Part shown: positions 39,700-54,231 of the stretch, in pieces | Position numbering within the stretch: position 1 is the stretch's first letter | Layout of the letters: every line of letters begins with the position of its first letter | DNA from: Octopus vulgaris | Taxonomy: Eukaryota | DNA length: 64,000 nucleotides | NCBI GenBank assembly: GCA_951406725.2 | Contig: OX597815.1 | Location: 142,290,001 to 142,354,000 of the forward strand | Reading direction: 5' to 3' | Made by a program: the position numbers and the translations under genes | Notes under the pieces: model-generated | What the model was told of the DNA's origin: nothing | Seen by the model: the letters and a program-made list of their open reading frames with translations, nothing else | The model's database searches: none

Positions 39700-42600
39700 C
39701 CTGTTCAGGGCGGCGCATCCGCGTTCACCACCCGGTCTCGACGAGGTGGTCGGCCTTCCACATTGTTCGTGGCGCAAATATTAGGCTGAGATCGACGCGT
39801 ATGGGCCGTTGCACCAGCTACCGTACCTCGCGCGCGTGTCAAGGCGTGAGGCGGCTTCACGCGTTTGTCTCTTTTGTACATGGTGCAAAAGATTGTGCAG
39901 AAGCTGACCTGGCTACACCAAGCACAAACAAGGAACCTTGCCCACCACTGCGCATGAAACAGCACATCCCACAGACACAAGATGACTTCCCCTAACCCCT
40001 GCACAGTCCTCACGTCAATATTTTTACTAAATATTGGGGTCTGTTGCATCATAATAAAAGCAAATGTTTTCTCCTGAGAGACTTTGTTGCATGCAAACAA
40101 GCCCTATGCTTAACACTCGTGGAAACTCACCTCATCCGTGATGTAGAGGATGCTGAAGTACACGTACCAAAATATGCCATACTGTGAACAGCAAGAAGGG
40201 AAAGGAGCCATGGTGGAGTTGCTGTATACATCCGTGACGACTTCACACCCCAGGTCTTACTGTCATACACAAATTCGGTATGTGACACTCTAATTGTATA
40301 CATTAAACAACATAATATAGTAATATTCAATACATATTGCCCACCGGATGCCCCAAAACACATAGGCAAGTTTGAAGATTGCTTCACAAGAATTATTGAA
40401 ATCCTCATGTAACTGGAACACCACGTGACTATTATTCTTATGGGTGATTTCAACTTCCCCAACGTCAAATGAACCGAAGGTCTCATACTCTCAGAAGTGA
40501 CTCATTGCAAGCAAGCACAGTTGGAGTCCCTGCTCAAGCTCACCAATGCCCTATTCATGGAGCAAGCTGTACTGAGACCAAGTAGGGCGAATAACATTCT
40601 GGATCTCTGCTTCACGAACAATATGGATATCATTCATTATGTGAAAGTGACGCCGACATAAGTCTCGGATCACAATATAATAGAGCTGTCAATGTTTCGG
40701 CCGAAAGTAACCAGAGACATGCAGCCTAAAGGAAGCACCTGAAATCTCTCCAGTCTGAACTTTCACAAAGCAGACTGGATATCGATCCGGAAAGAGATCC
40801 TCAGAGAGGACTGGCCGGAATATCTCTCCATACCAGATATTGGTATGAAATTAGAATGTCCCTTGTCTGTTGTTAAATTCATATTCCAAAAATACGTTCC
40901 AGAGCACAAGGCCAAAACAAATAGAATTAAATTCCAAGGAAGTGGAAGATCCTCATGAGACGACGGACGAATGTTGCAAATCGAATCAACCAGCATCCCA
41001 AAAAGTAGAGAAAGGTCCCGCCTAAAATCAACACTGATGGAGATTGAAAAAAGACAGCAAGAATCCTATGTGAGGGAAAGAACAGACAAAGAAGCCTGGG
41101 TTATAAAAAGCATTAAGTCAAACCCAAAGGCCTTCTTTCATTACGAGAAAGAAACAGCCTCAGTACGCTGCAAGATAGGACCCCTCTTCCAAAAGGATCA
41201 ATGAGGTGCTGAGTGGCCAGCTGAAATGTGTCTTTAGCATCCCGTTGGAACACAGACAAGTGAACGAACCAGTGAATTTCTTTGCCGCCGCACCTATAAC
41301 TGGCGAGGAAGTTACGATGGACTATATCGACATTTGCGAAGAAGATATACTACTAGCCCTAGATGAAGTGGACACAAACTCAACTGCTGATCCTCATGGT
41401 TTCCCAGCAATCCTCCTCAAATCGTGTAAGCATGTCCTGGAAAAACCCCTCCAGATTCTCTTCCATAGCTTTCTTGCAAATATCAGACTGCCGAGCAAGC
41501 TGAAAGAGGAAATAATATACCCAATCCATAAAGAGGGAAGCAGAGCAGATGCGAAAACCTATAGACTTATTTCTCTGACTTCACACATCACCAACGTCAT
41601 GGAGCGGATAGTCAGAGGGGAACTAATCGCATTCTATGAAGAACATATCTTGTTGAGTGATAACCAGCATGGCTTTCGACCAGGTAGGAGCTGCCTGACC
41701 CAGATCTTGCAATATTATGACTGGGTGTTGAGGTAGTTACTCAACAACTCAAATGTGGACATAATATACCTTGATTTTGCAAAAGCGTTTGACAAATGAA
41801 TCATGGAATGATATGCCACAAACTGTGTGATCTAGGCATAGCTGGAAAACATGGAGAGTGGCTACATGACTTTGTGAAAGATAGAAGTCAGGCAGTAGGG
41901 GCTAATGGAGCCACTTCTTTGAAAACACAAATAGGAAGCAGTGTTCCACAGGGCACTGCTTTTTACAGTGGCCTTCTCAGATAAGCCCTCAAGTGCCCGA
42001 ATAGCCACCCTTGCAAGCTACACAAACGATACGATCTGAGAAGAAGCAATAAATCCATTGATAAATAATTAATGCTGTACTGGCGACAAGTTTTGATTAC
42101 CGGAGGAATCAGAAAGTTAAAATTCGAAAAAATAATTCATAGAAGCGGAATCGGCAAAGGCAGCAATTCACGATGTACGCATATGTGTGTGCGTCCAATG
42201 TAAGTGTAGTGACGTGGGTTTGGTCAGTTCTTCTGATCTGATCTGATCTGAGAATAACCCTAAAAAGGATTGTTATTACATACGATAAAGATGAACGGCC
42301 GAAGGCAGAAGGGAAAGGACGGGCGGAAAAGAGATATAGTTCGTTCAGTGATTTCTTCCATACATGAAGCGGCAATACAGAATTCCATACATGAAGCGGC
42401 AGAACAGAAATACAGAAGTGTGTGAGCGGCAGAGGAGAGAAACGACGATATGCGAGCTGGGTCTGCCAAAGGTCAACTGGCTAAATTGTTTGAAGTTACT
42501 CTATTTACGCCAAAATAAAATGTTTAGCCGCTGTGTAGGCGTTTTATCTTAGGTGACTGAAGGGTCGTTTGTCTCACTTGGGTGAGGTAGCAAGGTAAGC

Positions 42601-42935
42601 AGATTGATAGAGTTGTTTGTTTCATTAAGCAGACAGAAGGGGTTGTTTATTTCACTGGTAAGGACAGATGAATTATAATCATACAGCTGGATACTACTTC
42701 CTTAATTTAGACTAGGGAAAACATACTTAACTACAGAAAATCCTTTATCACCCATCAAAATTTTAATTACCGAAAATCCTTTATCGCCCACCATTTCCTA
42801 AAAAGTCGTTAATCGCCCACCTGATAAATTGCTGCCTTTGCCGATTCCGCTTCTATGAATTCTTTTATCAGGTGGGCGATTAACGACTTTTTAGGAAATG
42901 GTGGGCGATATCTCCCAGGTTTGGAAACCCTGGTT
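39700..42935 (+). mobile_element. Decayed APE-RT LINE (CR1-group), interrupted by an insertion at 42037
   Basis: Cys/His-rich ORF1 tail, APE (ETHL, HGGVAVYI, MGDFNFP, NILDLCF, SDHNII) and RT (YRLISLTSHI, QHGFRPGRSCL, YLDFAKAFDK, SVPQGT, degenerate YTNDT). The reading appears to resume (ISQ) at about 42910. Confidence 0.9.
42038..42910. mobile_element. Unclassified insertion with interleaved inverted repeats
   Basis: A 42134-42168 / A' 42827-42861 (35 bp) and B 42782-42828 / B' 42864-42910 (47 bp). Possible ATCT duplication at 42034 and 42910. Confidence 0.6.
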
Positions 42936-44689
42936 TATCCTTTATGTTGGAAATCTAAATGGTCGTCTGCAGCCGAGAACAGCAGTTTGTTTCAAATCGA
43001 TATAATGTGTTGATTGATCGATTAAATGGAGCCGCTTAAAACGTCCGTAATGCACTGATACTTGGATATCCTTGTTACGTATTTGCTTTATATATACATA
43101 TACGTATATATGACATCTTCATATACATATATATACATATATATGTATATATGTATGTAAAATATGTGTGTGCGTGTGTGTGTACATCCCAAAACACAAT
43201 AACATGAGTACAGTGTTTGCCTTTCAGAATATAATACGTGATTTCGTTTAGCTTCTGATAAGAGATACAAATTAGGTTGCGAACAATAACTAAAATTGTA
43301 TTACTTTATTATCGCTACTTACGAAAATTTTAGTTCAAATCCTTGCTGCATAATTGCTGGCTCGTCCTATTACAGATATTATTAGACCATATTTCTGAAT
43401 AATTCTAATTTTACAAAATCAGATTTTGCTATGAGGCTAACTAATAAAAAGTCCTCTAACGTTGCAGATTTCTGATTCATCACACCAGCCAAAAGAGATA
43501 TGTCCAAAGTAATGTCTCACTCTGAAATATCACCGAAACACGTCGTTCTGTCACGCATAATATCATACATGGACATTCATGCGACGGTCCCACACGTGCA
43601 GTAAACTTGTAAAGTCTTTAAAAGTCTTTCTGAACGAAAAGTGCAAAATTCAAAAATCACAAATTGTGAGTTCAGATTCAGCATTGTCATTCTACTACTG
43701 GTGTAGTGTTATTATAGTCAGGAAGATTAATAGATTCTATGATTTATCATTAATTGCATCAATAATGACCTTGCTAATTCTACCTAATTCGATTTTAGCT
43801 GGATTATATTTCTGCATTTTGGATCAGTTAAATTATTCGGGTTTACTGGCAGTAGCTAGCAGCTAAACACATATAATCTATCATAATAGACAGGGCTAAA
43901 TACTATGTATCCTTATTAATACTGTAGTGAGTGCAAAGGTTAGTTTCTGTATAATTTCTGAGTAATATTTCTTGAAAAGGATTGCTTATACAAATATTGC
44001 CCAATATTATAAATAATGCTGGTCACATCGGAAGGGAGCAATTTTCGTTACTTAGCGAATACTTTGGATGATTCATAAAATTGCTTTAGAACGTATTAGA
44101 ATGATTTCTGAAATTAATTTCTTTATCATGCCTTGGTTGATGTATTCAAAGGATTGCACTGCTTTAATTTTGGGTGGGCATTTTTTTTGTCTCTTTCCAA
44201 TAACGTACGCTTCTCTGCGCATGCATTTGCTAAAGCGCTCTGTTTTCCATAAATTTCTCCACATAAATATTCCTAGATTGGGTAGTGATCCTTTTCCTTT
44301 TGTATAGAAAATTCTGCGGGTAGGATCCCAGTTCGAAGGTTCTGTTTATCTGGTGAGTAAGTGTGTATGTGTGCATTTGAATTGCATATCTGTTTTTTAT
44401 AACTATATATGTGCTAATGCGTCTCTGTATAAATGAGTGGCATGTAAAGTTTTCACACAGATAGCTATGTAAATAGGTGCTTAAAATATTTGCTCGTGTG
44501 TTTCCATTTATATGTTTATGCAAATATAAATATTCATGCAAAACATAATAGGTATGGTTATAGAAAATCTCACAACACGCATGTACACAACTGAAAATCA
44601 AGATTCTCAGAATTTCTAGTTATTGTATTTTTATTGACGTTCGATAAGAATGACTTAACTCCTCCAATACTCCGCATATGTATGTAGAT

Positions 44690-44720
<31 letters not shown>

Positions 44721-44724
<4 letters not shown>

Positions 44725-44866
44725 AAAATATTATAACACACAAACACACTCACACATACACACATGTACACCTATAATTGTCTATGACATATGTGCGAAC
44801 TTATGTATACCCATATTTATAATTACATAAATGTGTGTTAAATGGATCATTATCTCTCTATTCGCA

Positions 44867-44921
<55 letters not shown>

Positions 44922-45056
44922 CATACATACATACATACATACATACACATTTATGTAATTATATATATGGGTATACATAATTTCGCACATATTTCATAGA
45001 CAATTATAGGTGTACATGTGTGTATGTGTGAGTGTGTGTGTTATAATCTTTTCTTT
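44721..45056. repeat. Fold-back inverted repeat with arms of about 115 bp around a TA/TACA microsatellite
   Basis: 44721-44836 versus 44945-45056, with 4 substitutions and one indel. Confidence 0.85.
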
Positions 45057-46569
45057 TTTATCTTTAGCTATGTGCATATGTACAATTATTTTCATATATA
45101 TCGTTACATTTTTGTATTGTATTGAGTAGGTATCCGTATTTCTTCGACGTGGATGCTTGCTTGCAATACTGTTATAATATTCTCAAATTTGGTACTTTGT
45201 TGAAAGGTAATCCTCAAACGCCAGACTAATGTTTTGGGGGAGTTTTCTTTATTTCTTTTTTAACAAATTTTACAGAAGTCAAATATAATGTCGTATACGC
45301 TTACACCGCTGAATGTATCTTTAACTGTAAATTTTCTACTTGAAGCCTACATATATTCTTCAATTAGTAGAAAATATTTATCCTGTCTGATCCTCCAAAT
45401 TTTATGCTCATATGTGTGTGTGTATGTGCCTGTGTGTATACATGTATCTATGTATGAATGTATGTATTATTGTATGTATGTAATAATGTACATATATGCA
45501 TTTTATTATTTTATATTATATGATATATTATATTATATTCTGGTTTACAATGTTGTATATCGAATACATTTTCATCTAAATATTTCTTCAAATATCAATA
45601 ACGAAGAAACCATTTTAAATTACTTCCAAACTTATCGGTGGGCTGAGTTCTAAATAATCAAATTTACATTCCTTAATTCTTAGCTGTGTAGCTAACATTC
45701 TTAAGGCCAGCCTTCGTTTTTACAAATTCTTGTTTCTATAGTATTGCGGAAACGTTCCCGCCTATAAAAATGCACCACTCTGGAACATTTATATTTTTTT
45801 CTTGGGTAGCTAACTGCAGATGATCAAGCTACGAGAAAATTGGTCGTAGTAGACTACCAGAAAACGAGAAGAACAATACCTAAGAGCTAAATGTATAGAA
45901 ATTAGTAAGGTGTGTGTTGGCACTAAGAAAAAGGTTATGAGCATTTTTTAAACTATTGCTTAAATAGTTTTGGAAGAAACACTATATAAGAGGTTTCAGA
46001 ATTCAGCTGCATCCATAAAGGAAGATTTCTTTTACGCCAACCAGTTTCAGGAAAACTTCACATATCCCAACTGTATTGTTACTAACAAATTTCTGGCTGA
46101 CTTTTGTGAAGTACATATTCATCGCGTATATGAGTGTGTGAATGCGTGCGTACATTAATAGGATGCCGAGCATAAACTATTTTCACATTGATTCCACATG
46201 AAATAAAGTATATATAGCATTTTGGAAAGAAAATTAGAAATAATTGACAATACGGAGTGAGTTATTTCGAGTACTAATGCCATCGCCTTTACCTACCACA
46301 TTTTAACTCTCAAAATGTTTCTCTTACACTGTCTTTTTCGTTCCTCAGCTGCCTTCGCAATTTTGCAGTCTCTCAGGCGTGTGATCTGAATTATGCTGAC
46401 TATTGTACTGCTCCACGTATAATTTTGTAGTGGAATATAATCAAAATCTGGAGAAAATCCAAATTAGAAAATTCATGAGAGCTTCTCAAATTATAGAGAC
46501 AAAATTAGTTTCTATTTTAAAATAAAATGATATATCCATCATTTTACGCCCTGACAATATATCTTTCCA

Positions 46570-47070
<501 letters not shown>

Positions 47071-47294
47071 GAGATGTCATTCTTACGATATCATATTATT
47101 GACTACTCAGTGCTATTGAAATAAAAGATTAGGAAACGACGCAGAAGCAAGGAATCTACAACTGTGAAGGAACTTAATACTGTTTAAGCATTACATCATT
47201 TCTTGCATTTTCTTATATCGTTCTTGTTTTGCGGCTAGAATGATGTATGTGATTCTATGAACGGAGATTCATGTACAGTAAAACATTACATTCC

Positions 47295-47766
47295 GAGCTG
47301 GCAGAAACGTTAGCACGCTGAGCGAAATGCTTAGCAGTATTTCTTCTGTCGCTACGTTCGAATTCTGCCGAGGTCGACTCTGCCTTTCATCCTTTCGGGG
47401 TCGATTAAATAACTAGCAGTTACGCACTGGGGGCCATATAATCGAAATAATCCGTTTGTCTGTCCTTGTTTGTCCTCTCCGCGTTTAGCCCCTTCTGGGT
47501 AGTGAAAAAATAAGTATTTTTTTCTGCCGCTACTTTCTGAGTTCAAATTACGCCGAGGTTGAATTTACCTTTCATCCTTTCGAGGTCGATTAAATAAGAT
47601 CCAGTTACACAGTGGGGTCGATGTAATCGACTTAACCCCTTTGTCTGTCCTTGTTTATCCCTCTATGTTTGCTCCCCTGTGTGCACAAAGAAATAAATAT
47701 TACATTCTTGTAAATAATTATTTAACATGTTTTAAAATCATATTTAAGGTTACTCCTATGGAGACA

Positions 47767-47828
<62 letters not shown>

Positions 47829-48085
47829 TAATATAATAATAATAATTATTATTATTGTTTTTACCATTATAAGGATGGCGGTGAACTGGCAGAATCGTTA
47901 CCACGCCGGGCGAATTGCTTAGCTGTATTTTGGTCGCCGCTACGTTCCGTGTTCAAATTCTGCCGAGGTCGACTTTGCTTTCATCCTTTTGGGGCCGATA
48001 AATTAAGCACCATTTGAGGATTGGGGTCGATATAATCGACCATAGCCTCCCCCAAATTTCAGGCTTGTTCCTAGAGTTGAAAGGA
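47295..48085 (+). mobile_element. Cluster of three SINE copies (family of 12183) with an intervening (TTA)n
   Basis: Three occurrences of gttcaaatt/gttcgaatt..gccgaggt..cctttcatcc..gataaa, at about 47295, 47520 and 47875. Confidence 0.85.
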
Positions 48086-48463
48086 TTATTATTATTATTA
48101 TTATTATTATTTACAATAACATTGCCGATGTTGTTATTCTTTAAAAAAATTGACTTTGAATTTTGTAGTTGCTTTAATAACTTTATTTCTATTTCAGTTC
48201 GATAACATTGTTCATAAGGCAACTAATATTGTCTGTATCTAGTTGCTTCTGCGAAATATGCGTACATTTGTGACAGTGGGGGTGGAATTTTGAAATCTCA
48301 ATCGCAAAATTATATATAAAAAAATATACCTTCCTAAATCAAGAGAGAAAACGGTTATTGAAAAAGCCACTATGAAAAGAGTTTTGTTCCATTACCTGCT
48401 AGAGTGCTACGCTCAGCAAAAATTACACACACACACACACACACATATATGTATGTAGGTATG

Positions 48464-48588
<125 letters not shown>

Positions 48589-48770
48589 AAAGGGCTTAGT
48601 AAAATAAATTACTTTGCCGCATACTGAACTCATTAGAAATAGCAGCTAAAAAAACTTTTTTAAAGCTATTTCTAATACTTAAAGAAAATCTCTCTCATAT
48701 ATAGTGTTTGCTTAATTCAACTCACAAAAGTTTGGGGGTAAGGACATCAAAAAATCAAATGCTAAGGTTA

Positions 48771-48828
48771 TTTGAGAACGTACGTTTCAAGATTAGTCAA
48801 AACAACACTTCTATCATCAGCTCAGAAA
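48771..48828 (-). ncRNA. Type I hammerhead ribozyme, family 2 copy 1
   Basis: Minus strand: UUUCUGAG CUGAUGA UAGAAGU..ACUAAUCUU GAAA CGUACG UU/ CUCAAA. Helix III is palindromic (ACGUACGU); the first pair of helix II is a U.U mismatch. Confidence 0.7.
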
Positions 48829-49315
48829 CTCCTTGGTTTGGATTTGGAAACACTGAAAGTAAGAACATACCCTTTCGAAGATCTGCTCGTAACTAACAGT
48901 GCCAACAAACCCAAATAAGCAAGCGAAGAATTTCTGTTCTCCCCTTTCCACCAGCGTGGGTTAAAATCATCAAACACTATGCTTATTTCGGTAAAATCCG
49001 AAGCATTAATTAGAGGGAGATTAATTATAATTTCAACAATTGAGGGTAAAATTAATTAATTATTAATCAATTTCACCAAGTGTTCAGTATGCAAAGGGAC
49101 CATTTAAGGCGAATTCAAATTATTACATTATATAAAAGGGCTTAGTAAAATAAATTACTTTGCCGCATACTGAACTCATTAGAAATAGCAGCTAAAAAAC
49201 TTTTTTAAAGCTATTTCTAATACTTAAAGAAAATCTCTCTCATATATAGTGTTTGCTTAATTCAACTCACAAAAGTTTGGGGGTAAGGACATCAAAAAAT
49301 CAAATGCTAAGGTTA

Positions 49316-49373
49316 TTTGAGAACGTACGTTTCAAGATTAGTCAAAACAACACTTCTATCATCAGCTCAGAAA
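49316..49373 (-). ncRNA. Type I hammerhead ribozyme, family 2 copy 2
   Basis: Same sequence as 48771-48828. Confidence 0.7.
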
Positions 49374-49663
49374 CTCCTTGGTTTGGATTTGGAAACACTG
49401 AAAGTAAGAACATACCCTTTCGAAGATCTGCTCGTAACTAACAGTGCCAACAAACCCAAATAAGCAAGCGAAGAATTTCTAATTAATGCTTCGGATTTTA
49501 CCGAAATAAGCATAGTGTTTGATGATTTTAACCCACGCTGGTGGAAAGGGGAGAACAGAAATTCTTCGCTTGCTTATTTGGGTTTGTTGGCACTGTTAGT
49601 TACGAGCAGATCTTCGAAAGGGTATGTTCTTACTTTCAGTGTTTCCAAATCCAAACCAAGGAG

Positions 49664-49721
49664 TTTCTGAGCTGATGATAGAAGTGTTGTTTTGACTAAT
49701 CTTGAAACGTACGTTCTCAAA
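49664..49721 (+). ncRNA. Type I hammerhead ribozyme, family 2 copy 3 (inverted)
   Basis: tttctgag ctgatga tagaagtgttgttttgactaatctt gaaa cgtacg tt ctcaaa on the + strand. Confidence 0.7.
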
Positions 49722-50003
49722 TAACCTTAGCATTTGATTTTTTGATGTCCTTACCCCCAAACTTTTGTGAGTTGAATTAAGCAAACACTATATATGAGAG
49801 AGATTTTCTTTAAGTATTAGAAATAGCTTTAAAAAAGTTTTTTAGCTGCTATTTCTAATGAGTTCAGTATGCGGCAAAGTAATTTATTTTACTAAGCCCT
49901 TTTATATAATGTAATAATTTGAATTCGCCTTAAATGGTCCCTTTGCATACTGAACACTTGGTGAAATTGATTAATAATTAATTAATTTTACCCTCAATTG
50001 TTG

Positions 50004-50049
<46 letters not shown>

Positions 50050-50051
50050 GT

Positions 50052-50722
50052 GAAAGAGTATATGCGATTTCGGACAGCATATCTGAAGAGTCGTCAGTAT
50101 AACCAATTGCAAAAAGGCAGCACGAAATCGTCGGTAACATTCTGAAGAGTTATGTGCGATTACCAAGTATGTACAACTCGACTATATATACATATCTGTT
50201 GACGGTGGTGAGCTGGCAGAAACGTTAGCGCGCCGGGCGAAATGCTTAGCGGTAATTCGTCTGTCGTTACGTTCTGATTAAGGTCGACTTTACCTTTCAT
50301 CCCTTTCGGGATCGATAAATAAAGTACCAGTTTCGCACTGGGGTCGATGTAATCGACTTAATCCCTTTGTCTGTCCTTGTTTGTTGCCTCTATGTTTAGC
50401 CCCTTGTGGGTATTAATGAAATATATATATACATATCTGTGGTGTGTGTGTAGAGAGAGAGAGGATACAGACACACACACACATATATATATATATAATA
50501 GTAATAGTAATATATATGTCTGTATTCTCTCCCTCCCTCTCCCCTCTCTCTCTCTCTCTACACACACACACACCACAGATATGTATATATAGTCGAGATG
50601 TACATACTTGTTTATAGCACATAACTCGTCAGAATGTTACCGACGATTTCGGGCTGCCTTTTTGCACTTGGCTATACTGACGACTCTTCAAATATGCTGT
50701 CCGAAAGCATATAGACTTTTTT
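50052..50722. repeat. Fold-back element with arms of about 147 bp and a SINE plus microsatellites in the spacer
   Basis: 50052-50198 versus 50576-50722, about 90% identical. Confidence 0.85.
50203..50420 (+). mobile_element. SINE (family of 12183)
   Basis: ggtggtgagctggcagaaacgttagc..gtcgactttacctttcatcc..tatgtttagccccttgtggg. Confidence 0.85.
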
Positions 50723-50928
50723 ATGGTGAAGATAAAGCAATGTCACTGGTTCTCTAGGTGATAAGAAAATAACTCGAACGAATAAGTGATGACGGAGAAT
50801 GAGGCATTTTCGGGTAGAGAAGGAAGAATTGTCTCTCATGGATAGGTGTCAGCTGTGACCGAAGGATATTTGCTGTGTCTATATATTATATTTTTCTTTC
50901 TGCAGTCGAAATGGGGTCGACAACGTCG

Positions 50929-50997
<69 letters not shown>

Positions 50998-53900
50998 CAT
51001 ATAAACACATATATACATATAAACACACACATATACTATTAAAATAAAAGCGCATGTGTCTCAGTGCACAACATTTGCAATAAATATTTCTCATTATATG
51101 TAACTCACATGATATCATTACTATAAATTATGGAGTTTCAGACACCGATCGATATTTATCTTATGAGAAAACATTTTTCTCCGAAGACCTTCAATTGTCT
51201 ATGAAAACCTGTCATAAACACTTCCTTTTTTATATCTCAGAGGTTTACATTCTTCATTATAAATGTCGATAAGTAGACGTTTCAATATTTCTATCATCAT
51301 AAGGTTATATGTATTTAATGCAGTGAGAAACGGAAATAAGTATCGAGAAAAGTTTACTGTTCTGGAACACCGTACAAAAGTGAAATAACCGTTCTGATAT
51401 TTTCTAAATGTTTCACAGTACCTTTAACATTTTGTTTTGCAGACTATTTCAATAACGTACAATAATAGATAATGGGTACTGGCACTACATTAGTTATATA
51501 TAATTTATTTATTCAATCAATAACTTGGTATATTTATTTCCTAATTCAATATTGTAAATTGCTTGATACAGTAATAGGAACCAATTTTCAATTTAAAATT
51601 ATTTCTTAATAAAGAAGTTAATTACTTTATTCAATAACTGATTAATTTACTATTTTCGTGAGATTAAATATTATTCTCCATCAGAGGATAAAAAGAAATA
51701 TTCCAAATAAAAGTACAGCAATTAAGGTAATAAACACTTCGGAAATGAAATTTAGACCTTCTTTAATTTTTGTATTACTCTTCTTCATTAATTTATTATA
51801 TTGCTGTGTTCTTAATTTGACAAAACATTAAAGAGAATATTTTGTGTTTGAAATACCTTTTACTTTCATGTAGCTTCGATACGTTTGGTTATTCATGTTT
51901 CTCTTATTTTGTTTTTAATTATGCGATCAAATTCGAAAAAGAAGAGAATATGGTTGATTTTTAAGAGATGAAATGAAAACAAAATTGGTAAAATCAAAAG
52001 CTTTAAATATCACTAGCCCATTCCTTCCATTCATCAGGACCCATACGGACATAATTATAGTTCTGTAAGGCTATAAATGAAGAGACAAACAGTATCAGAG
52101 TTACTGAAACCATTATAACGATTGGACCGTGCTGCTACCCTCAATAATGAAAATGGTAATTGCCTTTTACTAATTGTTGCATCAGTAGTTGCTATAACTC
52201 TAGGTCAGACTCGTCCATAAAACAATCCACAGCAACAGATTTTATGACCATTAATTCGTTAACGTTGCTAACCTGAGTGATTTAATATGGCAACCTTTCT
52301 TTTTGCTTTCATTAATCATAACTGAGTGTTTCTTTTATCAACTAGTACTTTTTCAACCATCTCATGTTAGTTTTGTCAAATTCCATTCATAGAAGTCCTC
52401 TTCAAATTTGTGAATTGCGCCAATAAAACCCAATTAAAACATATTGAAGCGAAACGTATCAGCGTTTAAATGTCAGTAGAAAACGTATACAGTTCAATTA
52501 GCAAACTATAATTACAAGTACGGTAAATTTTGTTGTCATTAGGAAATATTATTGTCATTACAATTACAAATATTGCAAGGCACAAGCCGGAAAAATCATT
52601 TCCCTACGATCGTTATAATGGTAAAAGAAACAGATAAAGATGGGTTATAAAATAAATTTTGCTAGACTTGCGAGTGTTAAATATAAGCTCCAATGATTAT
52701 GTGTGAAATATAGCACTAAACATACGTTTTATCATATATATGTTTTCTACAATTTTGATACTAATTAGGAAACGAATGGCAATTTAATTAAAGTATAAGA
52801 AGCAATATTCAAATATAAGAAGTAATATTCAACACGTTCTTACGAACAGAATTGTTACAATAAATTTACTTCGTTTCCGTTCCACAGTTTAAATTATCTT
52901 TAGAAATTGTATTGGCCACAAAGTCACTCAATCTGAAGGATGGCGGTAAGTACACTTCACCCAAATATTTGGCAGATTGTGTCGACTATCGAAGATTATA
53001 ATTAAACTTCATCTCAGCACTAAATTAATTTTGCTTTTGTAATTCGGTATGTTGTATAGAAAAAATAACAATGATTTGAAAGTTGACAAGGCGTTCAATT
53101 AGTCACGTACACATACACAAAGACACACACTTATACTTATACTTATACTAATACACTCACATTTCCAATATGCTGGAAGTCAAATTTAGTGCTCGCGACT
53201 GCAAACCAAATTGGTAGAGATCAAAATGGACGAATACACATTTATTTTTTTTAAATCTGGAAGGAATCGCCTGTATGATGGTACAATATAAGGATACGTT
53301 AATAATTTGTAAACTACGCAAATGTATTACGTATAATAATTTTCTAAGTATATAAAATGCATTTACTACCTAAACGAAGGTGCCAGGCGTCTTCTGGATT
53401 TATTCTTGATGCTTGGTGTTAGAGCTTATCAAGGAACTGTAGATTTTGTGGTGATGTATAAATATATACCATTCATTAGTTAATACATGAATCCATTTCC
53501 TATTCCACCTCTCCTTTTTTCCCGCTTTTCATTCTTATAAAGTATTAAAATTATATGTCAATAATTTACTTTTGCGAATGAACTAACGTGAAAAATCTAC
53601 GCTTATGACAGATTGACAAGTCTTAGTGCAAAGACGTGAACAATTATGGGAAGAAAATCGCAATGGAATTTGATCATTTGATCATTGAGGCTAACGATGA
53701 AGAACAGTTCTCCGTGCAAAGTAATATATCTTCAGTCATTATTGCATTATATCTGAACCTCTACTGCGATTTCAATGCGCAATGTGAAAATACAGTCATA
53801 TTTTAGAAATTTCTGTGTGCATGAGATGTGAGATTCTAAACAAACATTTGTAGAAATCGGCAGTTGTTCAAAGAAATAATTTACTTTTAGGACTAGAGAA

Positions 53901-54150
53901 CGCGGGTAGAAAACCTCCCTACAAGATTCAACAAAAATTATCCGGTAAATTGTAACAAAAGATACACGGTTAATTGTAACAAAGGATACGAGAAGAGCAA
54001 TACCTCACGTAAAGATGGTACAAAATTATGCTCCTCATTTGTGGTTCAATAAGAAGCCTAATTAAACCGGTTACAGTATCAATAGCGTGTAATGGATGAA
54101 TAATAATAGCAACAACACTGATCATGATGATGATAATAATAATAATAATG

Positions 54151-54231
<81 letters not shown>

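Noticed and set aside
48632-48680. TAGAAATAGCA resembles the sgRNA scaffold / CRISPR repeat
   Set aside because: Short coincidental match in eukaryotic DNA, with no repeat-spacer array or cas genes.
48708-49784. Three identical 62-aa ORFs (MLNSTHKSLG...)
   Set aside because: The identity simply reflects the repeat copies. They have a TTG start, no recognisable domain, and lie antisense to the hammerhead.
51100-53950. Long repeat-poor stretch (also 8.4-10, 24.2-25.8 and 60.6-63.2 kb) as possible host exons or enhancers
   Set aside because: No ORF, splice pattern or motif that I can support from sequence alone. Small exons cannot be excluded without RNA-seq.
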